From a virus: DNA of 64,000 bases. The notes beneath the pieces are model-generated. The model saw only the letters and a list, made by a program, of their open reading frames with translations. It did not search any database and was not told the DNA's origin. Location of the stretch: IMG/VR virus record IMGVR_UViG_3300045988_087221. One strand, given 5' to 3'. Numbering within the stretch: the stretch's first letter is position 1; each line of letters starts with the position of its first letter. The translations under genes and the position numbers were made by a program. Positions 27,920-36,228 of this stretch are shown here, piece by piece.

Positions 27920-28816
27920 TTACTCAGTAAGTAAAGCCTTAATAGACTTATATGTTTCCATCAAAGAATCCGGAACATTAATTTTAAGTTTACTAATCTT
28001 TTCTTTCTCAGTAATTATATATTGATTAAATCTTGACTGTAAATCTTCATTTTTGTCAAGCCAATCATTATATTCTTTAGAATAAGCAGTTCTAGCTTTC
28101 TGATACTCCTGCTCATTAGCTATATTCTGTTTATTTGCTTCTTCAATAGCATCAGCTTTAATACTATTAAGTTGAGCATTTAAATTTCTATGTTCAGACA
28201 TTAAAGATAAGAACATGCCATCTACATCATCAACATTTACAGAAGGTGTATATTTGTATACTACAGTATCTCTACCGGCTCCACTAATCTTATTTGGTTC
28301 AGCAAGTACCTTACCTAACATTACCTTAGCTCTAGAAACGCTACCACCTTCATGTATAAATTTACCAATAGCAGCAGCTTTAGACTGCAAAGTAAAATAT
28401 TTATTAAGTTCTGTAGCTCCTAAGTTTCTAATTACATCCTCTTTAGTTACTGTAGCCTCTTTACTTGGAGATTTAGGAGCAGGATAATATTCATATTCTG
28501 ACCAATCTTGAATACGTGTACTTGATAATTCACCAAGTGCTTCCTCCTTATTTTTAATAGCTTCTTTAAGCCAAGCAATCAAAGAGTTATACCGACCTAT
28601 TGTTACTATTTCATCTTGAATCCAAGACACATTTCTAGTACCAATACCTGCATGTATTTCATTATCTGAAGATATAATACTAGTTATGGAAGTATTGTAA
28701 AATTGAACAGAATTAAGATGTTCTGTTAATCTTGCAATAATTTCGTTAGCTACATTACAAATATTTTGAGCTTCTGTTGATGTAAGAAACCCATCTTTAA
28801 AAAATACATTATTCAT
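27920..28816 (-). CDS. hypothetical protein
   Basis: Track ORF of 298 aa with a coiled-coil C-terminal part. No motif recognised. Confidence 0.55.
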   Translation of the reverse strand: MNNVFFKDGFLTSTEAQNICNVANEIIARLTEHLNSVQFYNTSITSIISSDNEIHAGIGTRNVSWIQDEIVTIGRYNSLIAWLKEAIKNKEEALGELSSTRIQDWSEYEYYPAPKSPSKEATVTKEDVIRNLGATELNKYFTLQSKAAAIGKFIHEGGSVSRAKVMLGKVLAEPNKISGAGRDTVVYKYTPSVNVDDVDGMFLSLMSEHRNLNAQLNSIKADAIEEANKQNIANEQEYQKARTAYSKEYNDWLDKNEDLQSRFNQYIITEKEKISKLKINVPDSLMETYKSIKALLTE

Positions 28817-28861
28817 GTTCCTATGATATATAATATTTAATTACTTATTAGTTAATAATTG

Positions 28862-29197
28862 TTAATCAATAAATTCAATAGTATCTACCATTGTATTATA
28901 CTTTAATCTACCATCTTCTAATTCTATAATATAATAATAGTCCTCCCAAGTTTCTTCTATACCCTTAAACACACCTACTATATCATGTGATTTACATTTG
29001 TGTCCTATAAAAGGTATTAATTCTTGTACTTGAGAACTACAATCTTTAGCATCCTCTGAACTCTTTATTATTCTCCGAGTTTCAAATATGTATGCAGTTC
29101 TAGCTAATTCAATAGCCTTAATCATTGCATCTTTTTCTTCTAGAGTAGCTTCATCCCAATTAAGGATAAATCCCTCTGAGTTTAATTTAAATATCAT
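28862..29197 (-). CDS. hypothetical protein
   Basis: Track ORF. Confidence 0.5.
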   Translation of the reverse strand: MIFKLNSEGFILNWDEATLEEKDAMIKAIELARTAYIFETRRIIKSSEDAKDCSSQVQELIPFIGHKCKSHDIVGVFKGIEETWEDYYYIIELEDGRLKYNTMVDTIEFID

Positions 29198-29508
29198 CCG
29201 AAATTACCTCCTAATGGTTTTTGTGGCGTATCTAAATTATCTATAAGAACTTCTTGTAGTTTAAAAGACTTTCCTTTAACTTCTACATTATTATATACAA
29301 AGTTGTAAAGATAATCAATGGACATAAATCTAGTTGGAGTAGTAATACAATGATCATGTTGAGAATCTTTTTTATACTTTTCAACATGTTTAGTTATATT
29401 ACCATCTTTATATAATCTATAAATTATAGTTCCCTCCCATTCATTTATAGGAGAGATACCTGTGATATATAAATCACTATTATTTAAATGTACCTGTTGT
29501 ATTATCAC
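29194..29508 (-). CDS. hypothetical protein
   Basis: Track ORF with 4-nt overlaps to both neighbours. Confidence 0.5.
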   Translation of the reverse strand: MIIQQVHLNNSDLYITGISPINEWEGTIIYRLYKDGNITKHVEKYKKDSQHDHCITTPTRFMSIDYLYNFVYNNVEVKGKSFKLQEVLIDNLDTPQKPLGGNFG

Positions 29509-30158
29509 TCTAATTGTATTTTTTGAATTTCATTGGATTCCAAACTTTTTATATAATTATATACCCTACTAAGATTCCCTTCACTAAATAGAGTTTTATT
29601 ACTAAAGATTAATATCTTATATAGATTTATAGCCTGTATAAAACTTACTTTATTTTCTTTTAGATATTTAGTAAATATAGTATTAAATCCGCAAGATTGC
29701 TTAAAATATTGCATGATTGCTTGTTTAAGACACTTTATTTCTGAATTTGACCAGTAATCTTCTTTCTTTTTAAATATCCTATTTGTTGCAGAATCCTTTA
29801 TAGGTCTTGGTATATATAAAGTTTCTGGTAAAATTAATTCATCCTTCTTAACAGCTTCAGCAAATGTTATAGTCGAAGTACTTAACAATTCATTAACTTG
29901 TGCATAATGTATTATAAAGTCTATAGTATTAGAAGCATTAATTATCATAATCTTAGCACTTCCTCTTATAAATACAGCATAGTTAATGGAATCAAATACA
30001 GAAGATTTAATTATTTGTAATTCCCCAGTACTTTGCTTTGCCATATGGTCTGAATATCTAATCTCTAAGTTTTTATAATAGAAATATAAAGAATTACTAG
30101 TCTGTCCATTGTCTTTTAATGTACAATTAGTCCATAACCATTTTTCAAGTTTGTTCAT
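29505..30158 (-). CDS. hypothetical protein
   Basis: The track start at 30191 is TTG inside the terminator U-tract. The first ATG (MNKLEKWLW...) is at 30156-30158. Confidence 0.5.
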   Translation of the reverse strand: MNKLEKWLWTNCTLKDNGQTSNSLYFYYKNLEIRYSDHMAKQSTGELQIIKSSVFDSINYAVFIRGSAKIMIINASNTIDFIIHYAQVNELLSTSTITFAEAVKKDELILPETLYIPRPIKDSATNRIFKKKEDYWSNSEIKCLKQAIMQYFKQSCGFNTIFTKYLKENKVSFIQAINLYKILIFSNKTLFSEGNLSRVYNYIKSLESNEIQKIQLE

Positions 30159-30185
30159 TTCTTTTAATCTGTTAAGTATTAATCT

Positions 30186-30223
30186 ATACAAAAATAGCTC
30201 ACCTAAATTAATAGATGAGCTAT
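30186..30223 (-). terminator. rho-independent terminator closing the tRNA cluster
   Basis: Minus strand reads ATAGCTCA-TCTATTAATTTAGG-TGAGCTAT followed by TTTTTG. Confidence 0.6.
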
Positions 30224-30296
30224 ATACTACAAGTAGGTTGACTTTGTAATAGGATCTTATTCTCTACCATTACTAGTTCTCTACTTTATTAATTAG

Positions 30297-30380
30297 TTGT
30301 CTAGGAGAGATTCGAACTCCCGAAGCTAAATAGCAGCTGATTTACAGTCAGCCGTGTTTGACCACTTCACATACTAGACA
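30297..30380 (-). tRNA. tRNA-Tyr (anticodon GTA), long variable arm
   Basis: Hand fold: acceptor TGTCTAG/CTAGACA, anticodon arm GCTGA-CTGTAAA-TCAGC, long variable arm, T-arm GGGAG-TTCGAAT-CTCTC. Confidence 0.75.
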
Positions 30381-30398
30381 ATAAATTTTTTTATAAGT

Positions 30399-30467
30399 TG
30401 CGGATGTTCGATTCGAACGACTACTCTAGGTTATGAGCCTAGTATGTTACCATTACACCACATCCGC
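30399..30467 (-). tRNA. tRNA-Met (anticodon CAT), short (69 nt) with 4-position T-stem
   Basis: Acceptor GCGGATG/CATCCGC, anticodon arm CTAGG-CTCATAA-CCTAG, T-arm GTCG-TTCGAAT-CGAA (three Watson-Crick pairs plus G.A). Confidence 0.6.
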
Positions 30468-30646
30468 GATATATTGTTTTAAAGAATTTTCGGCGGAGCA
30501 AAGTCTTTAAGTACCATCTATCGATGACTTTTTATAAGGTTCTCTTAACCTTCGACATGACTATATTATGAGTAACGTTACCTCTCTTTTCAATGCCCCT
30601 TGAGTTAAAATACTTCTTTGGTACATGCTCCATATTAAATATAAAG

Positions 30647-30718
30647 AGCTTCAAGTAGGATTTGAACCCACGACCTGCACTTTACAAGAGTGCTGCACTA
30701 CCACTGTGCTATTGAAGC
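30647..30718 (-). tRNA. tRNA-Thr (anticodon TGT)
   Basis: Canonical hand fold: GCTTCAA-TA-GCAC-AGTGGTA-GTGC-A-GCACT-CTTGTAA-AGTGC-AGGTC-GTGGG-TTCAAAT-CCTAC-TTGAAGC-T. Confidence 0.85.
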
Positions 30719-30863
30719 TAAAATAAAGACGAATATGGCATTAGACGGGTGAACTATCATGACCATATTCTAATAATACATTGAGCTATCAGGCATACTC
30801 GTGGATCACCACCGCTACCTCTAACAACCGCCTAGTTAAATGCTAGGTCCTCTCCATTATTTG

Positions 30864-30936
30864 TGGACCGTGTCGGACTTGAACCGCAATGATTGCTTGC
30901 AAAGCAATAGTGTTAGCCAGTTACACTACACAGCCC
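30864..30936 (-). tRNA. tRNA-Ala (anticodon TGC), 4-position T-stem
   Basis: Anticodon arm ATTGC-TTTGCAA-GCAAT, T-arm GCGG-TTCAAGT-CCGA, acceptor GGCTGTG/CACGGTC (or a register shifted by 1 nt that gives G3:U70). Confidence 0.6.
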
Positions 30937-30952
30937 ATTTCTAGTATTTTTG

Positions 30953-31029
30953 CGGAATATAAGGGACTCGAACCCTTAGTTTTACTAGAGTGACAGTCTA
31001 GTTCCCTTACCAACAGGGCTTAATACTCC
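30953..31029 (-). tRNA. tRNA-Asp (anticodon GTC)
   Basis: Acceptor GGAGTAT/ATATTCC plus G73, anticodon arm CTAGA-CTGTCAC-TCTAG, T-arm AAGGG-TTCGAGT-CCCTT. Confidence 0.75.
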
Positions 31030-31320
31030 AGGCGCCTCTTGTGTACACATTTCTTTTCGAGAAGGTAATGAACCTTAGAAATAAGAGGCATATATTTAAA
31101 TTTACTCTTCCAACATCAGTAAGTACCCATTTGGCACTTACTAGTAGAAATCTAATTAGATTACTGTAAAAGGCAATACTCGATAATCTCTAACATCATA
31201 CCAAGCTGCTACAGTTTTCATTCCTTTCCACCATGATTTGATAATTCTTTTCATACAGTTTAAAATTTAATTGTTAATTAAATAATCTAATTGTATAGAA
31301 GGAAGAAGAAGTAAACATCG

Positions 31321-31392
31321 TGCAGAAAACCGGATTCGAACCGACAAATCCTGCTTGGAAGGCAGGCATGTTACCATTAACACCATTTCTGC
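31321..31392 (-). tRNA. tRNA-Gly (anticodon TCC)
   Basis: Acceptor GCAGAAA/TTTCTGC, anticodon arm CCTGC-CTTCCAA-GCAGG, T-arm GTCGG-TTCGAAT-CCGGT. Confidence 0.85.
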
Positions 31393-31682
31393 ATTAAAAA
31401 TTCATTTATTAACTTAACAAGTCAACAGTATATTGAATTACTGAAATTAAATAGTTAATAAATATTAAATATATATTTATAGTAATACCCATATAGATAG
31501 TCTTTGCCTTAAACGGCAAGTTCTCTACGAGAACAATATAAGAGCATTTCCTTCTCTCCAAGTTAAGAAATGTTAAAAATTCTAAACAGAGATTAAGAAA
31601 TGCTCTCCACCTAAATAATCACACTACTTTACAGATGGATGACTATTTGTAGGTGTTGTCTCACTAAAATAATTATCTGTTT

Positions 31683-32015
31683 TCATAATTTAATCTTGTT
31701 AATAAATTCATTATATTTATCAATAAATTCTTGCTCTGTAATTATATCGCCTCTATTAGCCAAAGTTAAAGATTCTTCGCAATATGAAATAGAACCAAAT
31801 TTGTTAGATTCTCTCAAGTGTAATTCTAGAACAGTACAGTTACATTCATTAACCGAAATGATTTTATACCAATACATGTCTTCACCATAATCACAATATC
31901 TATATCTATTTTTGGATAATTCAGCCTTCAATATTGTATCTTGTATCTCACTTTGTTTAACTAATAGGTCAGCTATCTGTTTACTTATATCTTTTAAAGT
32001 TTCAGAATTAGTCAT
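31683..32015 (-). CDS. hypothetical coiled-coil protein
   Basis: The track start is GTG. The ATG (MTNSETLKDISKQ...) at 32013-32015 overlaps the upstream stop by 8 nt. Confidence 0.5.
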   Translation of the reverse strand: MTNSETLKDISKQIADLLVKQSEIQDTILKAELSKNRYRYCDYGEDMYWYKIISVNECNCTVLELHLRESNKFGSISYCEESLTLANRGDIITEQEFIDKYNEFINKIKL

Positions 32016-32229
32016 TAAATAACTTTTCAATAGATTTCTTATAATCTGAATTCTTATGTACGAAATACAGAGCACATATAGTATTTATTAGAGGGCATAA
32101 TACTATAAATAAAGTTAGCAAATTTATTTCTACTTTCTTAAGGTCCATGCGATAACTAATGTAGAAGCAACTTGCAAGATATATTACTATGCAAATAAGT
32201 CCTATAATAAGTAACTCTCCAAAACTCAT
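32008..32229 (-). CDS. small integral membrane protein
   Basis: Two TM helices (LLIIGLICIVIYLASCFYI, LLTLFIVLCPLINTICALYFV). Confidence 0.45.
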   Translation of the reverse strand: MSFGELLIIGLICIVIYLASCFYISYRMDLKKVEINLLTLFIVLCPLINTICALYFVHKNSDYKKSIEKLFND

Positions 32230-33377
32230 AATTCTTTAATATCAGAATCTTCAGACTTTCCTAGATATATATCATTTATAATACAATTACTTGTACGTAA
32301 TTGTTCTATAAAACGTATTATACCGATAATTCTTGGAGATTTATCTTGATAATCACATATAGTAGGAATGTACTTAGTCTTAAGGCAATCCCAATGAGTT
32401 ATGACAATGTTAAACTTACAATGATATGTCTCACTATAATTATCTAAACAATGTCTTTCTACAGCTCTTTTAAACAAAGGATAGTCAAAAGGACCTGTTT
32501 TAAACTCTCCTTGTGGTCCATCGTTAGTATTTGATGGTTCTTCTAGAGTAAAATACATTCCTAAGTCCATAGAATAAGGATTGTATCCATTTCCATGTCT
32601 AGTTAAATATGGACGCATAACTAAGTATACTTCTGCATTTTCTAGACACTTCTCTGGGATTCCATTTAATCCTACTTTACTAGGAGTACAGTGAGGCATA
32701 AATCCTCTTTCCATATCTAGAAGAAGACCTTGTGAACCCTCCCAAATAACAGTATCAACCTCATCAGGATAATAAGTTCCGATTATAAAAGTCTCAGGAT
32801 GTTCTTTAATAAAGGTACAAGCCTCTTTAAAAAGATCATCTAGTTTAGTGTCCCGTTCTAGATTATGATAATCCCTTACAGTCTGTAAAGCTACATCTGC
32901 ATATTCATCTGTATAAGGACACATACGAGCACTATAAGTTACATTATCTTTGTTTCTTTTAAAACAAGCATGTATACCTTTACCACAAGTTCCATTATAC
33001 TTCACTCGTCCATCCATAGAGTCAGCTAATACATCATAAGGTGTAATAACTCTACAGTTAGGATTTATATATAACTTAGGAACTTCAATACCCTCACTAA
33101 CTAAGACTTTATATTCATTATAAATACATATTGGGTCAATGAATACTTCCTTATATAAGCAAGTTGGTACTCCTAGCAAAACACCGCTTCCCCAAGAAGA
33201 ACATACGTGTGATTTACCTTTATAAACCACACGATGACCGGCTTGTGGACCTCCACTAAATCTGATGACAACAGGTTTGTAACTATTCATACATAGCCAT
33301 TGTACTACATTACCCTTACCCTCATCACCAAATAGAGATCCAAGTACTATTTGATTACGAATTTGTTTGCTGTCCAT
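32226..33377 (-). CDS. adenylosuccinate synthetase (PurA)-like protein
   Basis: GDEGKGN P-loop, SGGPQAGHRV, GTCGKGI and WEGSQGLLLDMERG...TPS...TRHGNG follow the PurA motif order. The track start is GTG; the ATG (MDSKQIRN) is at 33375-33377. Confidence 0.75.
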   Translation of the reverse strand: MDSKQIRNQIVLGSLFGDEGKGNVVQWLCMNSYKPVVIRFSGGPQAGHRVVYKGKSHVCSSWGSGVLLGVPTCLYKEVFIDPICIYNEYKVLVSEGIEVPKLYINPNCRVITPYDVLADSMDGRVKYNGTCGKGIHACFKRNKDNVTYSARMCPYTDEYADVALQTVRDYHNLERDTKLDDLFKEACTFIKEHPETFIIGTYYPDEVDTVIWEGSQGLLLDMERGFMPHCTPSKVGLNGIPEKCLENAEVYLVMRPYLTRHGNGYNPYSMDLGMYFTLEEPSNTNDGPQGEFKTGPFDYPLFKRAVERHCLDNYSETYHCKFNIVITHWDCLKTKYIPTICDYQDKSPRIIGIIRFIEQLRTSNCIINDIYLGKSEDSDIKEL

Positions 33378-34167
33378 AACTGTTAGAAACAATACGAGCA
33401 ATAGATTCACCTACATGCTCTTTATCTGAAATAATAAGATTGTCTCCTACATAAGGCTTCCAACTATCTGAAACCCTTTCTACACTATAATAACCATCAT
33501 GTTCTACATGAATGTGATAAATATCCCACTTCTCAGCGCACTCTCTGTAAATGAAAGAGGTAGCTAAATCTTCACTACACTCATCACCTATATAATGAGT
33601 TACTGCTTCTTTAGGAAGAGTTTTATGAATTGGCTCATCACTAATTGTGATTAAACAGCCTTTAATACCTCTTTTCTCCAGAGCATCGGTCTTAATATGA
33701 TTAGCAGCGAAGTACCAACACATATGAGGATCTTCTCCTCCATTGCCACCTCCTTTACCTTCAAGGTCAACTTTACGGAGCCATTTCTCCATAAGTTCAT
33801 CACTTGATTCAAACTGTCCTACTTGTAAAGGAGCCTCTTCATAACAGCCCTCTACATCGCCAAATGCCATAAAACAGATTTGAGGATTATCAATACCTGC
33901 CTTCATAATACTAGCTACACAATCTGGTAAAGTATTATCAATAAGATATTTAGGCACTTTACCCATAGAACCAGTCTCATCCAAAGCAATAATGATAGGG
34001 AATGATTCTGGGTGTTCTTCAGAATCACAAGACTCTCTGAAATTAATGTTAAGAGGATTCATTTCAGGGTCTAACTTTTTCTTGCTGAATGTCTTTTCAA
34101 TAGACTGAGATCTGTAACTATGACTTCTAGCTACAGCATCATTATACGAATAACTACCACATCCCAT
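33355..34167 (-). CDS. von Willebrand factor A (vWA) domain protein
   Basis: MIDAS motif in IIIALDETGSMG, followed by a typical alternating beta/alpha pattern. 270 aa. Confidence 0.7.
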   Translation of the reverse strand: MGCGSYSYNDAVARSHSYRSQSIEKTFSKKKLDPEMNPLNINFRESCDSEEHPESFPIIIALDETGSMGKVPKYLIDNTLPDCVASIMKAGIDNPQICFMAFGDVEGCYEEAPLQVGQFESSDELMEKWLRKVDLEGKGGGNGGEDPHMCWYFAANHIKTDALEKRGIKGCLITISDEPIHKTLPKEAVTHYIGDECSEDLATSFIYRECAEKWDIYHIHVEHDGYYSVERVSDSWKPYVGDNLIISDKEHVGESIARIVSNSYGQQTNS

Positions 34168-35228
34168 TACGCTTCCTCCTTTGCTTGTGATTTAATATTA
34201 CTAGCTAATGCACTAACTAAAGCATTTACATTATCTGTAAGTGCATCTACCTTAGCATTAATTTTATCTAATTCCGATGGTTCTGAAGTTTCAGTAGCAG
34301 GTTTGCTTGCTGCACCAAACATATTACCAAACATATTACCACCTCCCATAAGCTGACTCATCATCATCATAGTCATAAAATCAGAACTATTATTATCAGC
34401 GAGAGCCATAAGCATCATAGGATTGAATCCCTTACCTGCATTATTAAATAGTCCACCACCATTCATAGCAGACATCATAAGCAGATTCTTAACATCAAAT
34501 TTATTTCCACTCATATAAGCAAGAGCAAGTGGATTAAATCCATTAGAAGAATCAAAGTTAAATGGATTGACAATAACTCTAAATGTTGCAGAACCCATCA
34601 ACTCATCTTCAATAGCAATCTTATTGTTAATATTGCCATTAAAGTTCATAATCTTGATAGAACCATCTTCTGCTTTAGTCTTAACTACACCATAAGACCT
34701 GCCTGATTTTACAATATCTCCGATTACAATTTGATCAGAGTTCTTGCTAATATTGTAAATACAAGGCATAGGGAAAGTCATCTTATACTTCTTGAGTTTA
34801 CCTGCCGGAGAAACGCCTACGTATGCACCGTCACTATTCTTAAAACAAAGAACACCATCAGTGATACTGATTCTAGCACTCTCCTCAGCCTGTGGCATAA
34901 ACTCATTATACATATCTTTAGTTAAATCTCCAAAGACATTATCAACATTCATTTTTCCAAATTGTTCCATACTTGAAATATTTTTACTTATAGTATTAAT
35001 TTGTTTACCATTAATCTCAGAAATTGTTACCGTCTCATAACTTTCTTGTTCTCTAGAACTTGCATAAGTCCAGACAACTTGAAACTTACTGTCATAACCT
35101 ACAAGTTGTACTAAATCACCTCTTTTAAGCCCAGGACACTCATTAGCTACTATATAAGGTACAGTAGTTTCTGAATTCATTCTAGTAGGACTTAATTTAG
35201 TATTTGTAAATATACCTCTAATTACCAT
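34167..35228 (-). CDS. hypothetical protein with Met/Gly/Asn-rich low-complexity region and C-terminal coiled coil
   Basis: Track ORF. Contains ...LLMMSAMNGGGLFNNAGKGFNPMMLMALADNNSSDFMTMMMMSQLMGGGNMFGNMFG..., then KINAKVDALTDNVNALVSALASNI. Confidence 0.55.
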   Translation of the reverse strand: MVIRGIFTNTKLSPTRMNSETTVPYIVANECPGLKRGDLVQLVGYDSKFQVVWTYASSREQESYETVTISEINGKQINTISKNISSMEQFGKMNVDNVFGDLTKDMYNEFMPQAEESARISITDGVLCFKNSDGAYVGVSPAGKLKKYKMTFPMPCIYNISKNSDQIVIGDIVKSGRSYGVVKTKAEDGSIKIMNFNGNINNKIAIEDELMGSATFRVIVNPFNFDSSNGFNPLALAYMSGNKFDVKNLLMMSAMNGGGLFNNAGKGFNPMMLMALADNNSSDFMTMMMMSQLMGGGNMFGNMFGAASKPATETSEPSELDKINAKVDALTDNVNALVSALASNIKSQAKEEA

Positions 35229-35230
35229 AA

Positions 35231-35458
35231 TTATAAACTATTAAGTATGCTTTTATATCTATCTAAATATTTAGAACCTAATGCAGACATTATTTTATAA
35301 AATCCTGACCTAAATCCATCATCAGAACTAACTAATTGTTTTATGCTCTTTATATAATAATCAGGTATATCAGATCTACATTCATGTTGCATTAAGTTCC
35401 TAGCTAGTGCCATTTTATTTAATATTTCACCAGCTGCCTTAGCTTTATCTTCAGTCAA
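35231..35458 (-). CDS. hypothetical small protein
   Basis: The track start is TTG. An alternative ATG (MALARNLMQ...) is at 35411-35413. Confidence 0.4.
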   Translation of the reverse strand: MTEDKAKAAGEILNKMALARNLMQHECRSDIPDYYIKSIKQLVSSDDGFRSGFYKIMSALGSKYLDRYKSILNSL

Positions 35459-35668
35459 GTTTAAATATAACTAAATATACTAATAAAAAGACCAAAGCTA
35501 CTCCTAGAATATCTATAAACATTCAAATAGCTCTAATAGATTTAAATGGATAACGTTTCTGATCATAGCTACTAATGAAGTTTTCTTTTACTTTAGCTTC
35601 ATTAATACCTGTAAGTCTAATGGTTTGTTCTTTGTTTTTTAAAGAATCAAAATAAGTTACTTCAAATT

Positions 35669-36076
35669 TCATATAAAAGATTCTCTATTATTAAATTTAT
35701 TTTGAGCATCAAGTACTCCTTCTTTATCTGTAATATCTACAATAAGTCCTATTTGTCGTAACCAAACATCAAATGGACCACTGTACCCTAGGTCACCAAC
35801 CCAACCTCCTTTACAAAATACTATTTTCTTCCAAACAAAAATAGCACATAATATCCCATCAACTTCACATAAATGTTTGCCTTCTGGAATATCTAGGAAT
35901 GTTGGAGCTAAACCTACTCCCTCTCGATAATATTTAGATATTCGAGTATGAAATACATCATCCTGCATAACTACTGCATCTGTCTCATAATTAGTAGACA
36001 ATTTACCATGCAAATAAAAATCAGGCTGATAAATCCAATTCTCGTTTCGACTACTTAATGGCTTAAATTTAATCAT
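35669..36076 (-). CDS. hypothetical protein
   Basis: Track ORF with ATG start. Confidence 0.5.
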   Translation of the reverse strand: MIKFKPLSSRNENWIYQPDFYLHGKLSTNYETDAVVMQDDVFHTRISKYYREGVGLAPTFLDIPEGKHLCEVDGILCAIFVWKKIVFCKGGWVGDLGYSGPFDVWLRQIGLIVDITDKEGVLDAQNKFNNRESFI

Positions 36077-36177
36077 TTATGTTTCTTTTTCCATCGAAAC
36101 CATAAACCTAATACAATACCAATTATAAACCAAACTAGTATTGTAATAATAAAGGTTCCAATATTAAGTACAATCAT
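36073..36177 (-). CDS. hypothetical TM micro-protein (34 aa)
   Basis: Own translation MIVLNIGTFIITILVWFIIGIVLGLWFRWKKKHK. ATGA overlap with the next gene. Confidence 0.3.
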   Translation of the reverse strand: MIVLNIGTFIITILVWFIIGIVLGLWFRWKKKHK

Positions 36178-36191
36178 AATCTAATATTTAT

Positions 36192-36222
36192 AGAGAGGGC
36201 TAGCTATTAACCAGTCCTCTCT
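36192..36222 (-). terminator. hairpin after the ATPase gene (weak terminator candidate)
   Basis: AGAGAGG...CCTCTCT, a 7-bp stem 7 nt after the stop of 36229..38688, with no clear U-tract. Confidence 0.35.
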
Positions 36223-36228
36223 CGTTAA

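Noticed and set aside
30719-30863. A seventh tRNA or defined ncRNA in the Thr-Ala spacer (CCTAG-CATTTAA-CTAGG hairpin; 8-bp inverted repeat GAATATGG/CCATATTC at 30731-30770)
   Set aside because: The anticodon-like loop has A at position 33. No matching acceptor or T-arm could be found. An 8-bp inverted repeat is expected by chance many times in AT-rich DNA of this length.
32226-33377. Calling the PurA homolog PurZ (2-aminoadenine genome)
   Set aside because: The P-loop keeps the PurA-type Asp (GDEGKG), and no MazZ/DatZ partners are visible. It is kept only as a hypothesis to test.
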